A DNA stretch of 60,367 nucleotides from a virus. Lineage: Duplodnaviria; Caudoviricetes. Where the stretch lies: positions 1 to 60,367 of the IMG/VR virus record IMGVR_UViG_3300032770_000024; one strand, written 5' to 3'. Positions within the stretch are counted from its first letter, which is position 1. Each line of letters starts with the position of its first letter. Shown one piece after another: positions 35,080 to 44,757 of this stretch. A model generated the notes under the pieces. The model was given only the letters and a program-made list of their open reading frames with translations, had not been told where the DNA came from and searched no databases. The position numbers were made by a program, and so were the translations under genes.

Positions 35080-35886
35080 CTACGCCACTGGATAAACATC
35101 CGCTCGCGGCGCCAGCCGCAGCACTGGCTCCTCGGTCCACAGGCACTGCCACTTGAACTCCCGCTCTCGTGTAGCGGGATTTAGCAGGCCGAAGGTGAAC
35201 ACCGAGTTCTCGCCCGTCTCCGGGTTTATCAGGAAGTGGGTGAGGTAAGTTCCGAGCCGGGTTAGGCTCACACGCGCGAGCGTCTTCGCCGCCTCCTCCG
35301 CAGGTGGGAGGGAATCGGTCGAAAGCCCCTGGTTCTGGTGGAGGAGAAGTAGCTGCTCGAAGGCGGCAGAGGGAAACCAGCCGTACTTCCAGCTATCGCG
35401 GATCTCCGTGAGGTCGAAGTTGGACCATTCGCAGAGCGCGGGCTGGTAGGAAGTGAGAATGCCCGTGCAGGTGCGATGCAAGTTGAGGAGCGTGTTAACA
35501 CCTATCTCCATTGAGAAGAGGTCTTCTTCGAGAAGATCAATAGCTTCGTCGAGGACGCCGAAAAGCTCGGGCAAGAGAGCCCAGTCGGTATCTTTCAGCG
35601 GCTGCGTTAGCGCGAGAAGCGCAAGGCTGCGCCCGAGCGAGCAGAGATTGTAAATCATTGCCACGCGAAAGGATTCGTGGCACTGGGCGCAATGGAAGGG
35701 ATTGCCGAGGCGTGCGTAGCGTTCACCGGCCCAGACTTGCTTCGGCAGCAGCGCGAGCTGCCGTGGCTGGGCTTGAAGCCAGAGGCGGAAGTCACGCTCG
35801 GGCAGGGCCGAAGGCATGAGGGCCGCGAGCGGCTGAAGCTCCGGGAGGAGGAGCACTTGCGTGGCTGGCTCAAAGGTGTAGTTCAT
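35080..35886 (-). CDS. Hypothetical protein
   Basis: 268-aa ORF in the early arm. Confidence 0.6.
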   Translation of the reverse strand: MNYTFEPATQVLLLPELQPLAALMPSALPERDFRLWLQAQPRQLALLPKQVWAGERYARLGNPFHCAQCHESFRVAMIYNLCSLGRSLALLALTQPLKDTDWALLPELFGVLDEAIDLLEEDLFSMEIGVNTLLNLHRTCTGILTSYQPALCEWSNFDLTEIRDSWKYGWFPSAAFEQLLLLHQNQGLSTDSLPPAEEAAKTLARVSLTRLGTYLTHFLINPETGENSVFTFGLLNPATREREFKWQCLWTEEPVLRLAPRADVYPVA

Positions 35887-35890
35887 GGGC

Positions 35891-36172
35891 TCAGGCTTCC
35901 GGTTGAATACGCAAGTAAGGGCTGGTAAGGGCTGCGGGCGTCAGCGTCAGGTACGTGCGAAGCCCCGCTTTAGCCGGGATCTCAAACCGGCCCTTATCCC
36001 GGACCCAGCGGCGCGTAGCGCCATTGCGCCTCAGGGTCCACCAGTTGCCGTTGGCCATGAGTGCCTGGAGGCGGCCCTGCGCGAGCACGGTTTCAAGCTC
36101 CGCGAGCGAAGCGAGGGGCTGGATGGCCAGCGTTAGCACGGGCTGAGAGATGTGGTTGGTCTTAGCGGGCAT
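35891..36172 (-). CDS. Early hypothetical protein
   Basis: AGGAG RBS; RRNGATRRW..IPAKAG motif. Confidence 0.65.
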   Translation of the reverse strand: MPAKTNHISQPVLTLAIQPLASLAELETVLAQGRLQALMANGNWWTLRRNGATRRWVRDKGRFEIPAKAGLRTYLTLTPAALTSPYLRIQPEA

Positions 36173-36272
36173 TGGAAAGCTCCTGAATCAGTTGCCGATA
36201 TTGACGGCGGAGTATAGCATGAAGGCACGGCTGAAGAGGCCGGTTACGGCATAGGCAGTTTTATACGAGCCC

Positions 36273-36542
36273 TTACCTGCCTGAATTAAAAACACCGTAG
36301 AGGCGCTCTAAGGTAATGCGTCCGAATGAGCCCTTATCGACTACGGTCATAAAGCTCGCGCCGTCCCAGGCCTCAATCGCGTTCAACGTATTAACTGCAA
36401 TGGGCCGGTCTAGCAACGCAGAGGCGCGCAGCCTTTCATAAGCCCAGAGGCGCGCGAGGCGCTTCGCGGCGGGGAGCTGTTGGCGGTAGGCGCTTCGCGC
36501 TGTGCCTGCGCCGTCGTCGTGAGTAATTTCGTATAGTGACAT
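36273..36542 (-). CDS. Early hypothetical protein
   Basis: TAATG coupling. Confidence 0.6.
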   Translation of the reverse strand: MSLYEITHDDGAGTARSAYRQQLPAAKRLARLWAYERLRASALLDRPIAVNTLNAIEAWDGASFMTVVDKGSFGRITLERLYGVFNSGR

Positions 36543-36823
36543 TATTTGTCCTCCAGAAGTTCAGCGAAGAGTGTGCCAAGGGGCTGACCTTTAGCGCCCC
36601 TGAGGTGGCGGTATAACGCGCCGTTGTTATTGGTCCACCAAACACCGGCCTCAAAGGATTTGTGATAGCGTTTAGGCAGTTGCCGCTTAACGCTTTCTGG
36701 ATCCGGTTGATATGGCACGCCATCGCGCCATGCGCCTGCTAAAGCAACAGGCGTTGAATCGGATGTGAAGCGCAGCCATTGTGTGCCGCAGCGCTGCAAG
36801 GTGATGGTGAATTGCGGAAGCAT
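36542..36823 (-). CDS. Early hypothetical protein
   Basis: AAGGA RBS. Confidence 0.6.
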   Translation of the reverse strand: MLPQFTITLQRCGTQWLRFTSDSTPVALAGAWRDGVPYQPDPESVKRQLPKRYHKSFEAGVWWTNNNGALYRHLRGAKGQPLGTLFAELLEDK

Positions 36824-37165
36824 GGCGTCGGATCCTTTGTTAGTTCCGGGCGTAGCATATGCCGCCGCGTGGCGGTTTGCATACAGGATTAACCCGGTGA
36901 AGCCGGGCTGACACTTCTAGGGGTGCGGGCTGGAAGCCGGGGCTGGGTCCGGGTTAAAGCCGGGGCAAGCCGGGGTTGCGGTGGGGCGTGGTGGCGCTTG
37001 GCGCGTGACCCGCTAGTAGGGTAGCGGCGCTTGCATAGGGCCGTGTAGGGGCTTGGGAAGGGCTAGAAATATGTGGTAGGCGGCTACCACCGAAAAAGTA
37101 AAAGCCGCTAGGATAAATAGAGAAAGAAGGTAAAAAAGAACCCGGCCAGAGGCCGGGCTAGTGCT

Positions 37166-37411
37166 TTAAGCTAAGGCGGGGACTGTGAAGTATTCCCTAC
37201 ACGCGACACGCGCAAGCGTGCAATGCCGTGACGTAGTGACACTGTGCTTATTGGTGATTATTTGTGTGCCCTCGGGCGTATGCCGCGCTATCGGCACGGC
37301 GTAAGAATAAAGAGTAGCTCCTTCAAAACGGAGGTTGCCGCATTTGCCGCTAGGTGCGGATTGCGCGGCCCAGGCGCGAATTAGCGCTCTATTGTGTGGA
37401 TACGTCTTCAT
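37166..37411 (-). CDS. Early hypothetical protein (YSY..IA...SxTTSRH type)
   Basis: Motif LYSYAVPIA...HSVTTSRH; AGGAG RBS. Confidence 0.65.
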   Translation of the reverse strand: MKTYPHNRALIRAWAAQSAPSGKCGNLRFEGATLYSYAVPIARHTPEGTQIITNKHSVTTSRHCTLARVACREYFTVPALA

Positions 37412-37420
37412 GGCGGGCTC

Positions 37421-37660
37421 CTAGGCCGGGTAGGAAAGAAGGCGGTAGATAAGGGCGGCGCAGGTGGCGATGCCGCCGGCCATCGCTAGGGCGGTTATAA
37501 GCCCCAAGCCAAGTACAAGCGTGTTAATGCGCGGCGCTTGCTTCACCCTTTGCGGGTTCACTCGCGGTGCGGGTTGCCAATGCCACGCGTAGGGGTGGCG
37601 GATGTAGGCGGTACGCGCAACGGCGAAGGCGGTAGGCCGGGGCTTAGTGGTGTTAGACAT
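37421..37660 (-). CDS. Early membrane protein
   Basis: C-terminal TM helix; AGGAG RBS. Confidence 0.6.
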   Translation of the reverse strand: MSNTTKPRPTAFAVARTAYIRHPYAWHWQPAPRVNPQRVKQAPRINTLVLGLGLITALAMAGGIATCAALIYRLLSYPA

Positions 37661-37763
37661 GGGCGGGACTCCTAGTGGTGGTAAAAGGTAGTGGGTTTAT
37701 AGCGCGGGGCATTGCTGCCCCGTACCATAAGCCTACCTAATGCTTTTGTGTGGCGCTTCGCGC

Positions 37764-38291
37764 CTAGTCCAGGTCAATGTCCGCCATTGCGGCCATGCGA
37801 TCGGCGTAAAGGGCTTTGTAGCGGGCCAAGCGCTGCGCGGGCATGTTTTCGCGTGCATCTTCCACGAAGGCGTCCACCGCTTCGCGGTCAGCCTTGAAGT
37901 ATTTGATGCCTTCAATCTCCAGCCCGCCGGTGGCTTTTGCGGCTTTCAGCCGGGCGCGGGCCACGATAGCAAGCTCCCCGGCCAGCCATTTTTCAAACGG
38001 ATCGACGGAAGCGGAGCCAGTGGAAGCGGTACGTGCGGCCCAGCCGTTGGTGCGAAGCGAAGCAACCAGAGCATCTGCCACGGAGCGGGGTGTTTCGCCA
38101 TCTTTCGGCGCGACGTTCAGCTTGTCGTTAATCTTTTGCTTGAATCCGTGAGTAAGCGCGGCAAGCAGCGTTTCCTGATCGAAGTCCGCAAGGCGGAGGG
38201 TGTAGGGATTGCCGTCGCGGGCTAGGGTGAAAGAGATGGTTTCCGGGAGAGTGAGGCCGGAAGTGAAGGGGTTTGCGATGGAAGCGGACAT
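37764..38291 (-). CDS. First early gene, helical hypothetical protein
   Basis: AAGGA RBS; TTGACA promoter box ~90 nt upstream. Confidence 0.7.
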   Translation of the reverse strand: MSASIANPFTSGLTLPETISFTLARDGNPYTLRLADFDQETLLAALTHGFKQKINDKLNVAPKDGETPRSVADALVASLRTNGWAARTASTGSASVDPFEKWLAGELAIVARARLKAAKATGGLEIEGIKYFKADREAVDAFVEDARENMPAQRLARYKALYADRMAAMADIDLD

Positions 38292-38581
38292 GGGAAGTTC
38301 CTTTGTGATGGTGGGAAGAAAGGTAGCCCGGCGATAGCCGCGCCGTGATTTAGTTCTACGTCTTTCCAGCCCTGCGTGTCAAATACTTTTTGAAAGAAAA
38401 GTGTGTTTTGGGAAAAATAAATGTAGCGGGTGGCGCGGGGTGCAAAATGGCTTAGGAAGGGGTTAGGTGCGGCTTTATCCGGGCTGGTAGGGTAGGCCGG
38501 GCTAAGGCTTGAAAGCCGCTAGGCGGCTTGCGCTTGGCGAATTGCGGGGCTTGCGCCCGGCTTGGGCTGAAGCCGGGGCTT

Positions 38582-38663
38582 AAAGGTGTAGAAAGGATGA
38601 ACCTTTAAAGGTGCAAAAGGGATGAACCTTTTAGACGTAAAGGTGAACGTAAAATGAACCTTT
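38582..38663. repeat. Three copies of AAAGGTG-N8-ATGAACCTTT
   Basis: 38582-38606, 38607-38631, 38639-38663. Confidence 0.85.
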
Positions 38664-38797
38664 AAAAATGGTGGTACGGGGCTACCACACCTGCATTGAC
38701 CACTAACCCACTACGCAGTTGTGGTATTTGGCTACCGCAACTGCTACCGCTGCCGCCGGAAGGCCGGAGCGTAACGGGTTACCACAACTCCGCGCAA

Positions 38798-38832
38798 GGT
38801 GGAGCGGGTTCAAGTCTTCAAGTGGCGCTACC
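38798..38832 (+). repeat. Degenerate 13-9-13 palindrome copy 5
   Basis: GGTGGAGCGGGTT-CAAGTCTTC-AAGTGGCGCTACC. Confidence 0.55.
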
Positions 38833-39095
38833 CTTTGTCGCTGGTAATAAGAACAGCACCAGCGCGCACGCGCGTAGCAAGAACCGTGCCAGAGCTGGCC
38901 TACCGGCTAGATATGTCCTATAGGGCCAGCCTGTCCTATAGAATTAGTAGGGAGAAAGCTGCCTACCCCGGTGGACTGTGGAATGGTAAATGCTGGAACC
39001 TCCTTTGAGAGTCCCCCTAAAAAATTTTTGGTCCAAGACCTCTACCCACTACCTTTCTGCTTGGCCTGAGGCCAGCAAAGAGGTAGAAGGAAGGG

Positions 39096-39950
39096 ATGAA
39101 AATCCTCCGCCCCGTAGGCCGAAAGCGAATGGACGACCCGGCGAGAGCCGGGAACTGGTGGGGGCCGGACGGCCCGCCGCTCGTGCAGGCGCTGTCGAAG
39201 GGAAAGATGCTCGCGGTGTATGAGACGCACGTCGCGGTGGAGGTGGAGAAGGCCGCGGGGGCGCGACGCCGAAACTGGCTCAGGGTGGATAAAAGGGATT
39301 GGGGGCTGGTGGAGGCGGGCATAGCCCGGTGGGGAAGGCTGCCGAGGCTGCTGCCGGGGAGAATTCACGCGCGGATGGGCTGGACTCACGGCCCAACCAG
39401 GCACTACCTAGATAGAATGGTGATGAAGGCTCACGGGCTGGAGCCCGAGCCCTACGAAGAAGTGGGCTACGTGAACTTCGACTTCTACGACGTGCGGCTG
39501 CTGAACTTGGAAGCGAAGGCGCCAGGGCTTTACCTGAAGGAGTGCGCGCTGGCGTACCGGGCGGAAGTAGCGGAAGAGGCGAAGCGGCAGGAGCGGCAGC
39601 AGAAGCGCTTGCGCGCAGAGAACCGGCAGGTGGAAGAGGAAATCTTGCGCTGGGCCGGGGAACTAGGCGCGCTGCTGCAGGAGCAGCTAAAGGCAGAAGC
39701 CCTGCCAAAGGCTGAGTTGACAAAGACGACAGCGAACGGTAGGGTGAAATGCCTGACTCCCGCCACCTTCCCCGACACTCCCGAAGCGCCGAAAGACCCG
39801 CTGGATGAGGCGTTCCCAACCACCCTGGCGCCTGCTAGAGGCCAGTTACTCGACCCCAACCATAGGAGCTATATGAATGAACGAGCAGATCGAGCAGAAG
39901 ACAACTCGAAACGAAGAGATAGCAAGAGAGTTGCGGGAATGGGCGGATAA
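39096..39950 (+). CDS. Degenerate HNH-like domain plus coiled coil; first late gene
   Basis: YLDRMVM...EVGYVNFDFYDVRLLNLE resembles LHR.I...VDHIN.D.LDNR..NL. Confidence 0.55.
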   Translation: MKILRPVGRKRMDDPARAGNWWGPDGPPLVQALSKGKMLAVYETHVAVEVEKAAGARRRNWLRVDKRDWGLVEAGIARWGRLPRLLPGRIHARMGWTHGPTRHYLDRMVMKAHGLEPEPYEEVGYVNFDFYDVRLLNLEAKAPGLYLKECALAYRAEVAEEAKRQERQQKRLRAENRQVEEEILRWAGELGALLQEQLKAEALPKAELTKTTANGRVKCLTPATFPDTPEAPKDPLDEAFPTTLAPARGQLLDPNHRSYMNERADRAEDNSKRRDSKRVAGMGG

Positions 39951-40137
39951 GATCGAGCGCTCGCCGTTTGAAGTTCACGGCCTGGGGCTGGTCTATTACC
40001 GGGACTTGGACCCGGTGGAGGTAGTGCTGAGCGATCCGACGCAGACAGCCGCGGGCTTCTACAAGTACGTAGATGAGAGAATTATCGACAAGTTCGACAG
40101 GAATAAGAGCCAAGGGCTCGTGGGCTTCGGGGGCTGA
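39877..40137 (+). CDS. Hypothetical protein
   Basis: AGGAG RBS. Confidence 0.55.
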   Translation: MNEQIEQKTTRNEEIARELREWADKIERSPFEVHGLGLVYYRDLDPVEVVLSDPTQTAAGFYKYVDERIIDKFDRNKSQGLVGFGG

Positions 40138-40139
40138 AG

Positions 40140-40223
40140 ATGGACCCGGTTTTCATTCCCGCCGAAGTAGTCGTACTCTGCATCCTAATTGCGGTCCTGT
40201 GGTGGCTGGAGCAGGGTGAATGA
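40140..40223 (+). CDS. 27-aa TM peptide coupled to terminase
   Basis: MDPVFIPAEVVVLCILIAVLWWLEQGE*; ATGA overlap with TerL start. Confidence 0.45.
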   Translation: MDPVFIPAEVVVLCILIAVLWWLEQGE

Positions 40224-42100
40224 TCTTCTCCCGCGAACAAGTGCCCGCGCTGCGGGAGATGTTCTACGAGTTCGCCTCGAACATCGAGATTGACTCGAAG
40301 GAAACCGGCGGCGCTGTCAGGTTTAAAGCCTACACGGCGCAGCGCCGGTTCTTCGACAGCATCTTCGACGGCCTAGCCAATGGCGTTCACTGGAATGTGA
40401 TTCTCAAGGCCCGCCAGCTTGGCATCTCTACCGGCAGCTACATCTTCGACATATTCTGGCTCTCGGTCTTCCCCGGCATCAAAGGGGCACTGGTCTTCGA
40501 CACAGAGGCCAACAAAGACGGTGCTAGGCTGGACATTCAGCGGATGTTGGAAAGCCTGCCTGCCCGGCTGCAGATTCCAGTCTTCAAGCACAACCGCACA
40601 GCCCTAGTGCTGCAGAATGGCTCCAGCCTGAGCTATCTGGTGGCCGGGACTCGGAAGAATGGCGGCCTCGGCCGCTCCAAAGGCTTGAGCTTCATCCACG
40701 CCTCGGAAGTAAGCTCCTGGGGCGATCAGGAGGGCGTCGAGTCCCTTACCAAGGCCCTGGCGCAGAAGTTTCCCGCGCGCTTATTTATCTTCGAGAGCAC
40801 TGCCCGCGGCTATAATCTGTTCTACAAAATGTGGGAACAGGCTAAGGTTGACCCGGTAAAGCGGGCTACCTTCATCGGCTGGTGGGCCAAAGAAGCCTAC
40901 GCCTATGACCCTGAAGACCCCACCGAGCGCGAGCTCTACCTGACCTACAGCCAAGCGCCCCTGACGGAGGACGAGAAGGAGAAGGTGGAGAAGGTGGAGA
41001 AGCTCTATGGCTTCAAAGTCGGCCTTCCGCAGATCGCCTGGTACAGGCACGAGAAGAACCCCTCCCTGGATGCGAGCGACGAGATCGACCCGGATGATGA
41101 GGGCAGTATCTTCCAGCAGGAACTGCCCTGGGACGAAGACGAAGCCTTCATCATTTCTGGAAATAGCTTCTTCAGCCCGAAGCGGCTGAACGACTGCATG
41201 AAATACGCCCTCACGCAAAAGTACTACGGCTACCGATACTTCTGCGGAGAGGAGTTCACAAGTATGGTGGTGGAGCCCACCAACTTCGCCAAGATGGCCA
41301 TGCTGAAGGTGTGGGAAGAGCCAGACCCCCTCGGCACCTACGTGATCGGCGCTGATCCTGCCTACGGCAGCAGCGATCAAGCCGACTACTACTGCATTCA
41401 GGTGCTCCGGTGCTACGCCGATGGCGCCGATCAGGTTGCTGAGTTCACCGTGAAAACGATGGAGACTTTCCAATTCGCCTGGGTGCTTATGCACTTGGCG
41501 GGGAGCTACCGCAATGCGCGGGTTATTCTGGAGATCAATGGCCCCGGCCAGGCTGTCTTCAATGAGATGCGGAACTTGAAACTGCGGCTGCAGAACGGCG
41601 AATTGCTGGGCAGGAACGGGGACACCAAATTCACCGAGGCCTTCAACAACGTGAAGAGCTACCTGTACTCGAGAATTGATAATGTGGCCGGTGGCGGCCT
41701 CAGCTACCACTGGAAGACGAACAATGAAAATAAGAATGTGATCTTCAACCAGCTGCGCGATAGCTTGACCCTGAACCAGGTGAAGGTGAGGTCCAGGGAT
41801 TGCATTGAGCAGATGAAGACCGTCGTGCAAAGCGGGCTGAGTATTGAGGGTGACGGCAATAGCCACGATGATCTGCCGATGGCGCTGGCCCTTGCCACGC
41901 ACGCCTGGATGATTCAGGAGCGACCCAACCTGCAGATACAGGGAAGGACGCGGGACGCTGACAGGAAGGCCGCTAAGTTTTCCGACGCCGACATGCCCTC
42001 TATCTATACGAGGAATATCCTGCAGAACTTCTTTAACGAGCGAGCCGCCCAACGGAGGAAAGAAAGCCTAGCGGCCTTGCGCGCTCGGCGTCGGCGTTAG
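40220..42100 (+). CDS. terL: Terminase large subunit
   Basis: ILKARQLGIST, FIHASEV, FESTARG, IGADPAYG, HDDLPMA. Confidence 0.93.
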   Translation: MIFSREQVPALREMFYEFASNIEIDSKETGGAVRFKAYTAQRRFFDSIFDGLANGVHWNVILKARQLGISTGSYIFDIFWLSVFPGIKGALVFDTEANKDGARLDIQRMLESLPARLQIPVFKHNRTALVLQNGSSLSYLVAGTRKNGGLGRSKGLSFIHASEVSSWGDQEGVESLTKALAQKFPARLFIFESTARGYNLFYKMWEQAKVDPVKRATFIGWWAKEAYAYDPEDPTERELYLTYSQAPLTEDEKEKVEKVEKLYGFKVGLPQIAWYRHEKNPSLDASDEIDPDDEGSIFQQELPWDEDEAFIISGNSFFSPKRLNDCMKYALTQKYYGYRYFCGEEFTSMVVEPTNFAKMAMLKVWEEPDPLGTYVIGADPAYGSSDQADYYCIQVLRCYADGADQVAEFTVKTMETFQFAWVLMHLAGSYRNARVILEINGPGQAVFNEMRNLKLRLQNGELLGRNGDTKFTEAFNNVKSYLYSRIDNVAGGGLSYHWKTNNENKNVIFNQLRDSLTLNQVKVRSRDCIEQMKTVVQSGLSIEGDGNSHDDLPMALALATHAWMIQERPNLQIQGRTRDADRKAAKFSDADMPSIYTRNILQNFFNERAAQRRKESLAALRARRRR

Positions 42101-42149
42101 TATATAAGTCCTTCCGGCTTCGCCGGTCCCACCAACTAGGAGCCTCGTA

Positions 42150-42422
42150 GTGGATACCAACGTGAGTATTTTCCCTGTCCGGATGCAGTTTCAAACTATC
42201 GAAGAAATGGCTGGGAGCCTGAAGAATACGGTGGCTATAAGCCCCGAAAAAGTCCTCCGCGTAGTCATTTTCATTGAGCGCGAACACCCTGATGGGGACG
42301 ACACGGAGAGCGCACTTTCCATCCTGAACCTGGACGTGGAGTCGGGCCTGGGGCTTACCAACGCTGCCCTACTCTGGCTTGTAAAACGCTTTGAATTCGG
42401 CCTTCTGGCGGGAGACTTCTAA
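42150..42422 (+). CDS. Hypothetical protein
   Basis: AGGAG RBS; TAATG coupling. Confidence 0.55.
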   Translation: MDTNVSIFPVRMQFQTIEEMAGSLKNTVAISPEKVLRVVIFIEREHPDGDDTESALSILNLDVESGLGLTNAALLWLVKRFEFGLLAGDF

Positions 42423-42862
42423 TGCCCATTATGCGAACATATCAGTGCCCCGATTGCGGCGGGCGCTTCCGCTTCCTCCACATGACTTCGGATGAACCGG
42501 CACCGCAGGAGTGTGAGATCTGCCACTCGTATATGGGTGATAGCCCGGAACCGGAGCTGTCTACACCACACTTCCGGCCTAGTGAAAGCGCCGGGGCACG
42601 CATGAGCCAAAGCGTTGACCTTGTGCAAAGGGACATGGAAGCCCGAGGCATTACCGACTTCAAGGACGGGCTTAGGGAAGGGGACGTGGCTGCGAAGCCG
42701 GTGCATAACCCGGTGACGGAACAGATAGCCCAGATGGAAGCGGCGGGCGCTTCTATGTGGCAATCGGGCGGTGGCGGCTTCCGCGCCGCAGATTCTAATC
42801 CCAATCTGGATGGCCGCCCGGCGCTCAGCGCCATCACCCGTGGCCTTGGAGGGCGCAAATGA
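42422..42862 (+). CDS. FmdB-type zinc-ribbon protein
   Basis: YQCPDCGGRF...CEIC. Confidence 0.75.
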   Translation: MPIMRTYQCPDCGGRFRFLHMTSDEPAPQECEICHSYMGDSPEPELSTPHFRPSESAGARMSQSVDLVQRDMEARGITDFKDGLREGDVAAKPVHNPVTEQIAQMEAAGASMWQSGGGGFRAADSNPNLDGRPALSAITRGLGGRK

Positions 42863-44592
42863 GAATCCCCGATACCGGCGGCGGGCAGAAAGCCCTCATC
42901 AAATTCGCCGAGGATCTGATCGAGGCCTGCAGCATCAGCCTCGGTGATCGCGCTATGCGGGCTAGAAGGCTGCGTCAGTGGCGAGCACTTGGTAGCGCCG
43001 ATGGCTCCGTAGCCACGTATAATAAGCTGCCGGGCTTTATAGACAGGGCCGCCGGGCTTATCTTCTCCCCCGCCGAGCTTCGCTACCTGCTGGAGTTCGA
43101 TACGGGACAACCGGCCCCGGTCCTGCAGCAGGCGGATATCGCCGCCAAGTACCTGACGAAGAAAGTGGAAGGCGCTGACGCCGACGTCATCTTCAACACC
43201 TGCCTTCCCGACGCCCTCCTCCTCGGCAGCATGATCTTGAAGGTCCAGCACGTCCACGGGAAGGGGAAGGTGCGCGCGATTCCCCCCTGGCAGTTCGGCG
43301 TGTTCCGGGATGACGTTAACGGGCTGGATGAGCAGGAAGCGATGCTGGAGATCAACGTGATCTCGAAGCAGGAACTTTGGAGGCGAATTATGCAGTCGGG
43401 CATCCCCAACCCTGACAAGGTGTATCAGCAGGCCCTGACGGACGCCAAGAAGAAAACGAACAGCTCAGATGCGGACACGTACTTTCACCAGGTACTCATC
43501 GCTACGCAGGGCGCGCCCGTTAACACCAGCGGCGTGGATACTAATCAGCCGGGAGGGCTGGTTGATCTGGCCAGTGACCCGATCGTGAGTCAGCTGGCTC
43601 CCTCCCTGCCGGACGAAATGATTATCCTCTATGAGCTGACGGTGGTAGATGACTCCACGGGGGACTACACGACCATACAGTATATCAATCCGGGTATCGT
43701 GCTGGCCCCCCGGCTCAAGCGCCGGAACTTCTTCGTTCCGCAGCTGCATCCGTATGTGCTGGTGCAGCCGATCTTCTCGATGGGCTACTTCTGGGGCCGG
43801 AGCTATATTAGCAACATGATAATGCTGCAAGACAAGCTGAGAGAAAGGTTCGCTGATTTCTCCCGCCTCATGTCCATGCAGTACGACCGCCTGATCATGT
43901 TCAAAGGCAATACGCAGATCTCAGATGAGATGTACGAGAACTTCCGGCAGGCCGGATACATCTCCGGCGACCCGACTATGGACGCGAAGGACTTGACCCC
44001 AGAAATTCCTCGCGCCGCCATGGAGGAGCTTCAGTTCGTACTCGAAGCCCTGAACGATGTGAGCGGGCAGCCCGCCACTATTCGCGGTGAAGGTGAGTCG
44101 GGGGTGCGAAGCAATGTCCAGGCAAAGACCCTGACAAAGACGGGGACACCGCAGATAAGGGATATGAGTCTGCTGGTGGAACGGCAGTGCGCGGACATGG
44201 GCTACAAATTCTTCAAGCTGCTGGCGCAGACCGACGCTACCCAGCTGGCTGCGGCGGCGAGCGAAGAAGAAATTCCGGGCTTCGTCCTGGCGCAGCTACC
44301 GGAAGATGTGCGGGTGGTGGTGGACAGCCATAGCACCAGCCCGGTCTTCGAGGAAGACAACCTGAACAAGGCGGCCTTCCTGCTGAAGGCGGGGGCCATC
44401 GACCCGGCAACTGTGCTGGATATGACCAACACCCCAGCGCGTGACCTCCTCCAGGCTCGCCTGAAGGCCCGCGAGCAAGAGAAGCAGCAGATACAAGCGG
44501 CCCTCTTGCAGGACGCGCAGAAGCGGGAAGCCGCCCTGCAGGCCCAGAAAACCGGCAAGGACATCAACGGGCTGACCGGCGGCAAGGGCTAA
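42859..44592 (+). CDS. Portal protein
   Basis: 577 aa after TerL; YFWGRS, IRGEGESGVRS; C-terminal coiled coil. Confidence 0.8.
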   Translation: MRIPDTGGGQKALIKFAEDLIEACSISLGDRAMRARRLRQWRALGSADGSVATYNKLPGFIDRAAGLIFSPAELRYLLEFDTGQPAPVLQQADIAAKYLTKKVEGADADVIFNTCLPDALLLGSMILKVQHVHGKGKVRAIPPWQFGVFRDDVNGLDEQEAMLEINVISKQELWRRIMQSGIPNPDKVYQQALTDAKKKTNSSDADTYFHQVLIATQGAPVNTSGVDTNQPGGLVDLASDPIVSQLAPSLPDEMIILYELTVVDDSTGDYTTIQYINPGIVLAPRLKRRNFFVPQLHPYVLVQPIFSMGYFWGRSYISNMIMLQDKLRERFADFSRLMSMQYDRLIMFKGNTQISDEMYENFRQAGYISGDPTMDAKDLTPEIPRAAMEELQFVLEALNDVSGQPATIRGEGESGVRSNVQAKTLTKTGTPQIRDMSLLVERQCADMGYKFFKLLAQTDATQLAAAASEEEIPGFVLAQLPEDVRVVVDSHSTSPVFEEDNLNKAAFLLKAGAIDPATVLDMTNTPARDLLQARLKAREQEKQQIQAALLQDAQKREAALQAQKTGKDINGLTGGKG

Positions 44593-44716
44593 CCTGAGTT
44601 GCATTGCGCCTCTGGCCCTTCAGCTATAAAGTCCAACTATCGAAGCAGCCGCTTCTTTCAGCGTCCGGCCTGGAGCCGGGCAATCCTCTCCCTGTGTGGG
44701 ACATAGACAGGAGGCT

Positions 44717-44752
44717 ATGATGGCTCGTAAGCGCTCTCATAAGCGTAAGTAA
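44717..44752 (+). CDS. 11-aa basic micropeptide MMARKRSHKRK
   Basis: Perfect AGGAGG RBS at 44709-44714; promoter-like TTGC...TATAAA upstream. Confidence 0.55.
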   Translation: MMARKRSHKRK

Positions 44753-44757
44753 GTGAT

